From: Monocercomonoides exilis PA203
Taxonomy: Eukaryota > Protista > Preaxostyla
Direction: 5' to 3'
DNA: 8,052 nt
Assembly: GCA_001643675.2 (NCBI GenBank)
Contig: LSRY02000100.1
Coordinates: 1-8,052, forward strand
Below are positions 1 through 7,200 of the stretch, in pieces. Each line of letters begins with the position of its first letter. Position 1 is the first letter of the stretch. Made by a program: the position numbers and the translations under genes. Under the pieces are notes generated by a model, which made no database searches, was not told the origin of the DNA, and was given only the letters and a program-made list of their open reading frames with translations.

Positions 1-3000
1 AACCCTAACCTAACCTAACCCACTAACCCTAACCTAACCCTAACCTAACCCTAACCTAACCTAACCCTAACCCTAACCTAACCCTAACCCCTAACCTAAC
101 CTAACCCTAACCCTAACCTAACCTAACCTAACCCTAACCCTAACCTAACCTAACCCTAACCCTAACCTAACCCTAACCCTAACCCTAACCTAACCTAACC
201 CTAACCTAACCCTAACCCTAACCCTAACCCTAACCCTAACCTGGCCTAACCTTACCCTAACCCTAACCTAACCTAACCTAACCTAACCCTAACCCTAACC
301 TAACCTAACCTAACCTAACCCTAACCCTAACCTAACCTAACCCTAACCTAACCCTAACCCTAACCCTAACCCAACCTAACCCTAACCTAACCTAACCTAA
401 CCCTAACCCTAACCCTAACCCTAACCTAACCTAACCCTAACCCTAACCCTAACCCTAACCTAACCTAACCCTAACCTAACCCTAACCTAACCCTAACCCC
501 TAACCTAACCCTAACCCTAACCCTAACCCTAACCTAACCCTAACCCTAACCCTAACCCTAACCTAACCTAACACAACCTAACCTAACCTAACCTAACCTA
601 GTTTAACCTAACCCTAACCTAACCCTAACCCTAACCTAACCTAACCCTAACCCTAACCTAACCCTAACCTAACCCTAACCCTAACTAACCTAACCTAACC
701 TAACCTAACCTAACCCTAACCCTAACCCTAACCTAACCTAACCCTAACCCTAACCCTAACCTAACCTAACCCTAACCTAACCTAACCTAACCCTAACCTA
801 ACCCAACCTAACCTAACCTAACCTAACCTAACCTAACCTAACCCTAACCTAACCTAACCTAACTACAACCTAACCTAACCTAACCCCCTAACCCTAACCT
901 AACCTAACCTAACTAACCTAACCTAACCTAACCTAACCTAACCTAACCCTAACCCTAACCTAACCTAACCTAACCTAACCTAACCTAACCTAACCCTAAC
1001 CCTAACCTAACCTAACCTAACCTAACCCTAACCTAACCCTAACCCTAACCCTAACCTAACCTAACCCTAACCCTAACCCTAACCTAACCCTAACCTAACC
1101 CTAACCTAACCTAACCTAACCCTAACCTAACCTAACCCTAACCTAACCCTAACCTAACCTAACTAACCTAACCTAACCTAACCCTAACCTAACCCTAACC
1201 CTAACCTAGTTTAACCCTAACCCTAACCTAACCTAACTAACCTAACCCTAACTAACCTAACCTAACCTAACCCTAACCTAACCCTAACCTAACCCTAACC
1301 TAACCTAACCTAACCTAACCTAACCCCTAACCTAACCTAACCTAACCTAACCTAACCCTAACCCTAACCCTAACCCTAACCCTAACCCTAACCCTAACCC
1401 TAACCTAACCTAACCTAACCTAACCTAACCCTAACCTAACCTAACCCTAGCCTAACCTAACCCTACAACCCTAACCCCTAACCTAACCTAACCCTAACCT
1501 AACCCTAACCCTAACCTAACCTAACCCTAACCCTAACCCTAACCTAACCTAACCTAACCTAACCTAACCTAACCTAACCCTAACCTAACCTAACCTAACC
1601 CTAACCTAACCCTAACCTAACCCCTCTTCAACCTAACCTAACCTAACCTAACCTAACCTAACCTAACCTAACCCTAACCTAACCCTAACCTAACCTAACC
1701 TAACCCTAACCTAACCTAACCCTAACCCTAACCTAACCCTAACCTAACCTAACCTAACCTAACCTAACCCTAACCTAACCTAACCCTAACCCTAACCTAA
1801 CCCTAACCCTAACCCTAACCTAACCTAACCTAACCTAACCCTAACCCTAACCTAACCTAACCTAACCCTAACCTAACCCTAACCCTAACCTAACCTAACT
1901 AACCTAACCTAACCCTAACCCTAACCCCTAACCCTAACCTAACTAACCTAACCTAACCCTAACCCTAACCTAACCTAACCTAACCTAACCCTAACCTAAC
2001 CTAACCCTAACCCTAACCCTAACCTAACCTAACCTAACCCTAACCCTAACCCTAACCTAACCTAACCTAACCTAGCCTAACCCTAACCCTAACCCTAACC
2101 TAACCCTAACCTAACCCTAACCTAACCTAACCTAACCCTAACCCCTAACCCTAACCTAACCTAACCCTAACCTAACCTAACCTAACCTAACCTAACCCTA
2201 ACCTAACCTAACCTAACCTAACCTAACCCTAACTAACCCTAACCCTAACCTAACCTAACCTAACAACCCTAACCTAACCTAACCTAACCTAACCTAACCT
2301 AACCTAACCCTAACCTAACCCTAACCTAACCCTAACCTAACCCTAACCTAACCTAACCTAACCCTAACCTAACCTAACCCTAACCCTAACCTAACCTAAC
2401 CTAACCCCTAACCCCCTAACCTAACCTAACCTAACCTAACCTAACCTAACCCTAACCTAACCCTAACCTAACCTAACCTAACCCTAACCTAACCCCCCCT
2501 AACCTAACCCTAACCCTAACCTAACCCTAACCCTAACCCTAACCCTAACCCCCTAACCCTAACCCTAACCTAACCTAACCCTAACCTAACCTAACCTAAC
2601 CTAACCTAACCCTAGCCTAACCCTAACCTAACCCTAACCTAACCCTAACCTAACCCTAACCCTAACCTAACCCTAACCCTAACCCTAACCTAACCTAACC
2701 TAACCCTAACCCTAACCTAACCCTAACCCTAACCTAACCCTAACCTAACCTAACCCTAACCCTAACCTAACCTAACCTAACCCTAACCCTAACCCTAACC
2801 CTAACCTAACCCTAACCCTAACCTAACCCTAACCCTAACCCTAACCCTAACCCTAACCTAACCTAACCTAACCTAACCCTAACCCTAACCTAACCCTAAC
2901 CTAACCTAACCTAACCCTAACCCTAACCTAACCCTAACCCTAACCTAACCTAACCCTAACCTAACCCTAACCTAACCCTAACCTAACCTAACCTAACCTA

Positions 3001-3903
3001 ACCCTAACCTAACCCTAACCTAACCTAACCTAACCCTAACCTAGCCTAACCCTAACCTAACCTAACCTAACCCTAACCTAACCCTAACCTAACCCTAACC
3101 CTAACCCTAACCTAACCCTAACCCTAACCTAACCCTAACCTAACCCTAACCCTAACCTAACCCTAACCTAACCCTAACCCTAACCTAACCTAACCTAACC
3201 TAACCTAACCCTAACCTAACCCTAACTAACCCTAACCTAACCTAACCTAACCTAACCCTAACCCTAACCTAACCTAACCTAACCCTAACCCTAACCCTAA
3301 CCCTAACCCTAACCCTAACCTAACCTAACCTAACCTAACCTAACCCTAACCTAACCCCTAACCCTAACCCTAACCTAACCCCCTAACCCTAACCCTAACC
3401 CTAACCCTAACCCTAACCTAACCTAACCCTAACCTAACCCTAACCTAACCTAACCTAACCTAACCCTAACCCTAACCCTAACCCTAACCTAACCCTAACC
3501 CTAACCCTAACCCTAACCTAACCCTAACCCTAACCTAACCTAACCCTAACCCTAACCCTAACCTAACCCTAACCCTAACCCTAACCCTAACCCTAACCTA
3601 ACCCTAACCCTAACCTAACCCTAACTACTTCTAACCCTAACCTAACCCTAACCCTAACCTAACCCTAACCCTAACCCTAACCCTAACCTAACCCTAACCC
3701 TAACCCTAACCCTAACCCTAACCCTAACCTAACCCTAACCTAACCCTAACCCTAACCCTAACCCTAACCCTAACCCTAACCCTAACCCTAACCCTAACCC
3801 TAACCCTAACCCTAACCCTAACCTAACCCCTAACCCCTAACCCTAACCTAACCCTAACCTAACCTAACCTAACCCTAACCCTAACCCTAACCTAACCCTA
3901 ACC
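1..3903 (-). repeat. Telomeric repeat array, mixed (TTAGGG)n/(TTAGG)n; C-rich strand on +, so the chromosome end lies to the left
   Basis: Seen directly: continuous CCCTAA and CCTAA units from base 1 to ...CCCTAACC at 3903, with sparse variants (CTAA, CCCCTAA, CCTAG, CCTGG). Established: TTAGGG is the widespread eukaryotic telomere motif and TTAGG is the arthropod-type motif. A C-rich strand at the 5' start is the orientation of a left chromosome end. Terminal rather than interstitial position is inferred. Confidence 0.96.
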
Positions 3904-3964
3904 GGCCCCGACATTTTGCCCCGCTCGCTTTTTTCCCCGCCCTCACACCAAATTTTTGAAGGCG

Positions 3965-4012
3965 AAAATACAGGGTTTTTCCCGGTCAAAGGGGAAAAAT
4001 GACCTGTATTTT
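3965..4012. other. Inverted repeat A core (copy 1; recurs in every unit)
   Basis: Perfect 10-bp arms AAAATACAGG (3965-3974) and CCTGTATTTT (4003-4012) enclose inner arms TTTTTCCC (3976-3983) and GGGAAAAA (3992-3999). Flanking complementarity extends the fold to about 3914-4048. Confidence 0.9.
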
Positions 4013-4048
4013 TTTTGTGGGGGGCGGAGGAGGCGAGTGCGGGCAGAG

Positions 4049-4156
4049 CGGGTGGTGGATTTGGAGAGTGTGGGGGGGTGTGGTTGTTTGTGGGGGAGAG
4101 GGCGGAAGTGTGGTTGGGGTGCTGAGAGGTGTTGGGAGGAAAGGAGCGGAAAAGAG
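4049..4156 (+). other. G/T-rich, C-poor linker with long-loop G-quadruplex potential (copy 1; recurs in every full unit)
   Basis: Only four C residues (4049, 4103, 4122, 4147) in about 108 nt. G-runs at 4050-52, 4072-78, 4092-96, 4100-02, 4116-19 and 4134-36. G4 formation is inferred, and some loops are 13 nt or longer. Confidence 0.55.
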
Positions 4157-4173
4157 GGGGTCGGTGGGAAAAA

Positions 4174-4225
4174 GGGGGGATTTTTTGAGAATACTGCGAA
4201 CAGTATTTTCCCGAAAAATCTCCCC
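4174..4225. other. Inverted repeat B core (copy 1; recurs in every full unit)
   Basis: AATACTG-CGAA-CAGTATT (4190-4207) is a perfect 7-bp stem with a 4-nt loop. It extends as GAGAATACTG/CAGTATTTTC and GGGGGGATTTTTT (4174-4186)/GAAAAATCTCCCC (4213-4225) with G.T pairs and a CC bulge. The 18-mer is identical in 11 of 12 copies. Confidence 0.9.
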
Positions 4226-7200
4226 CCGCCCATCAGACGTTCCCTCCCCGCGGCCCCGACATTTTGCCCGCTCGCTTTTTTCCCGCCCTCACACCAAATT
4301 TTTGAAGGCGAAAATACAGGGTTTTCCGGTCAAAGGGAAAAATGACCTGTATTTTTTTTTGTGGGGGGCGGAGGAGGCAGAGCGGGTGGTGGATTTGGAG
4401 AGTGTGGGGGGGTGTGGTTGTTTGTGGGGGAGAGGGCGGAAGTGTGGTTGGGGTGCTGAGGAGGTGTTGGGAGGAAAGGGCGGAAAAGAGGGGGGTCGGT
4501 GGGAAAAGGGGGGATTTTTTGAGAATACTGCGAACAGTATTTTCCCGAAAAATCTCCCCGCCCTAGACGTTCCCTCCCCGCGGCTGACATTTTGCCCCGC
4601 TCGCTTTTTCCCCGCCCTCACACCAAATTTTTGAAGGCGAAAATACAGGGTTTTCCCGGTCAAAGGGAAAAATGACCTGTATTTTTGTGGGGGGCGGAGG
4701 AGGCGAGTGCGGGCAGAGCGGGTGGTGGATTTGGAGAGTGTGGGGGGTGTGGTTGTTTGTGGGGGAGAGGGCGGAAGTGTGGTTGGGGTGCTGAGAGAGG
4801 TGTTGGGAGGAAAGGGCGGAAAAGAGGGGGGTCAGTGGGAAAAAGGGGGATTTTTTGAGAATACTGCGAACAGTATTTTCCCGAAAAATCTCCCCGCCTG
4901 AACGTTCCCTCCCCGCGGCCCCGACATTTTGCCCCGCTCGCTTTTTCCCCGCCCTCACCAAATTTTTGAAGGCGAAAATACAGGGTTTTCCCGGTCAAGG
5001 GGAAAAATGACCTGTATTTTTTTTGTGAGGGGGCGGAGGAGGCGAGTGCGGGCAGAGCGGAGTGGTGGATTTGGAGAGTGTGGGGGTGTGGTTGTTTGTG
5101 GGGGAGAGGGCGGAAGTGTGGTTGGGGTGCTGAGGAGGTGTTGGGAGGAAAGGAGCGGAAAGAGGGGGGTCGGTGGGAAAAAGGGGGGATTTTTTGAGAA
5201 TACTGCGAACAGTATTTTCCCGAAAAATCTCCCCCGCCCTAGACGTTCCCTCCCCGCGGCCCCTCCATTTTTGCCGCTCTTTTTCCCCCGCACAAATTTT
5301 TAGAAGGCGAAAATACAGGGTTTCCCGGTCAAAGGGAAAAATGACCTGTATTTTTTGTGGGGGGCGGAGGGGAGGCGAGTGCGGGCAGAGCAGGTGGTGG
5401 ATTTGGAGAGTGTGGGGGGTGTGGTTGTTTGTGGGGAGAGGGGCAGAGTGGTTGGGGTGCTGAGGGAGTGTTGGGAGGAAAGGGCGGAAAAGAGGGGGTC
5501 GGTGGGAAAAAGGGGGGATTTTTGAGAATACTGCGAACAGTATTTTCCCGAAAATCTCCCCGCCCTCAGACGTTCCCTCCCCGCGGCCCCGACATTTTGC
5601 CCCGCTCGCTTTTTTCCCGCCCTCACACCAAATTTTTGAAGGCGAAAATACAGGGTTTTCCCGGTCAAGGGGAAAAATGACCTGTATTTTTGTGGGGGGC
5701 GGAGGAGGCAGTGCCGGGCAAGAGCGGAGTGGTGGATTTGGAGAGTGTGGGGGGTGTGGTTGTTTGTGGGGGAGAGGGCGGAAGTGTGGTTGGGGTGCTG
5801 AGAGGTGTTGGGAGGAAAGGAGCGGAAAAGAGGGGGGTCGGTGGGAAAAAGGGGGGATTTTTTGAGAATACTGCGAACAGTATTTTCCCGAAAAATCTCC
5901 CCCGCCCACTCAGACGTTCCCTCCCGCGGCCCCGACATTTTGCCCCGCTCGCTTTTTCCCGCCCTCACACCAAATTTTTGAAGGCGAAAATACAGGGTTT
6001 TCCCGGTCAAGGGAAAAATGACCTGTATTTTTTGTGGGGGCGGAGGAGGCGAGTGCGGGCAGAGCGGGTGGTGGATTTGGAGAGTGTGGGGGTGTGGTTG
6101 TTCGTGGGGGGGAGAGGGGCGGAAGTGTGGTTGGGGTGCTGAGGAGGTGTTGGGAGGAAAGGAGCGGAAAAGAGGGGGTCGGTGGGAAAAAGGGGGGATT
6201 TTTTGAGAATACTGCGAACAGTATTTTCCCGAAAAATCTCCCCGCCCATAACGTTCCCTCCCCGCGGCCCCGACATTTTGCCCCGCTCGCTTTTTCCCCG
6301 CCCTCACACCAAATTTTGAAGGCGAAAATACAGGGTTTCCCGGTCAAGGGAAAAATGACCTGTATTTTTTGTGAGGGGGCGGAGAGGCGAGAGTGCGGGC
6401 AAGAGCAGGTGGTGGATTTGGAGAGTGTGGGGGGTGTGGTTGTTTGTGGGGGAGAGGGCGGAAGTGTGGTTGGGGTGCTGAGGAGGTGTTGGGAGGAAAG
6501 GAGCGGAAAAGAGGGGGTCAGTGGGAAAAAGGGGGATTTTTGAGAATACTGCGAACAGTATTTTCCCGAAAAATCTCCCCGCCTAGACGTTCCCTCCCGC
6601 GGCCCCGACATTTTGCCCCGCTCGCTTTTTCCCCGCCCTCACACCAAATTTTGAAGGCGAAAATACAGGGTTTTTCCCGGTCAAAGGGAAAAATGACCTG
6701 TATTTTTTGTGGGGGGCGGAGGAGGCGAGTGCGGGCAGAGCGGGTGGTGGATTTGGAGTGTGGGGGGTGTGGTTGTTTGTGGGGGAGAGGGCGGAAGTGT
6801 GGTTGGGGTGCTGAGGAAGTGTTGGGAGGAAAGGGCAGCGGAAAAGAGGGGGTCGGTGGGAAAAGGGGGATTTTTGAGAATACTGCGAACAGTATTTTCC
6901 CGAAAAATCTCCCCGCCCACAGACGTTCCCTCCCCGCGGCCCCGACATTTGCCCCGCTCGCTTTCCCCGCCCTCACACCAAATTTTTGAAGGCGAAAATA
7001 CAGGGTTTTCCCGGTCAAGGGGAAAAATGACCTGTATTTTTTTTTTTGTGGGGGAGCGGAGGGAGGCGGTGCGGGCAGAGCGAGTGGTGGATTTGGAGAG
7101 TGTGGGGGGTGTGGTTGTTTGTGGGGGAGAGGGCGGAAGTGTGGTTGGGGTGCTGAGAGGTCGTTGGGAGGAAAGGAGCGGAAAAGAGGGGGTCAGTGGG

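Noticed and set aside
597-3044. Higher-order periodicity in the telomere marked by CCTAG variants
   Set aside because: Spacings of 608, 241, 625, 540 and 429 bp are irregular and the flanking 5/6 patterns differ.
3969-4008. TA-flanked CAGG...CCTG mini-MITE (Tc1/mariner-like), and TA-CTG..CAG-TA as an excision footprint in fold B
   Set aside because: The element would be only about 36 bp. The symmetry extends beyond the TA (AAAATA/TATTTT), so the TA is simply part of the palindrome rather than a demonstrable target-site duplication.
4003-4016. Intrinsic terminator (hairpin plus T-run)
   Set aside because: The context is eukaryotic, there is no upstream gene, and the T-run is partly the stem arm itself.
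3904-4030. Telomere-integrated herpesvirus terminus (pac1-like T-run/G-run next to telomeric repeats)
   Set aside because: There is only a generic T-run plus G-run resemblance, with no recognisable viral sequence or genes. BLASTn against herpesvirus termini would settle it.
4190-4207. Rolling-circle origin (NANTATTAC-type) hairpin
   Set aside because: CAGTATT is followed by TT rather than AC and lies in the stem instead of the loop. No Rep gene is present.
3904-4251. Unit as a 2 x ~170-bp alphoid-like or nucleosomal dimer
   Set aside because: The length fits, but the two halves do not align and the related hairpins are spaced about 210 and 135 bp apart.
4520-4570. Helitron 3' end (hairpin followed by CTAG)
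   Set aside because: CTAG is present in only 3 of 12 copies, at the least reliable site, and is followed by A rather than the expected T. There are no other Helitron features.
5258-5305. Diverged subfamily copy (start of copy 5; similar patch near 7612-7628)
   Set aside because: Clustered small deletions and substitutions in a short patch look like a local low-quality read segment and are not shared with other copies.
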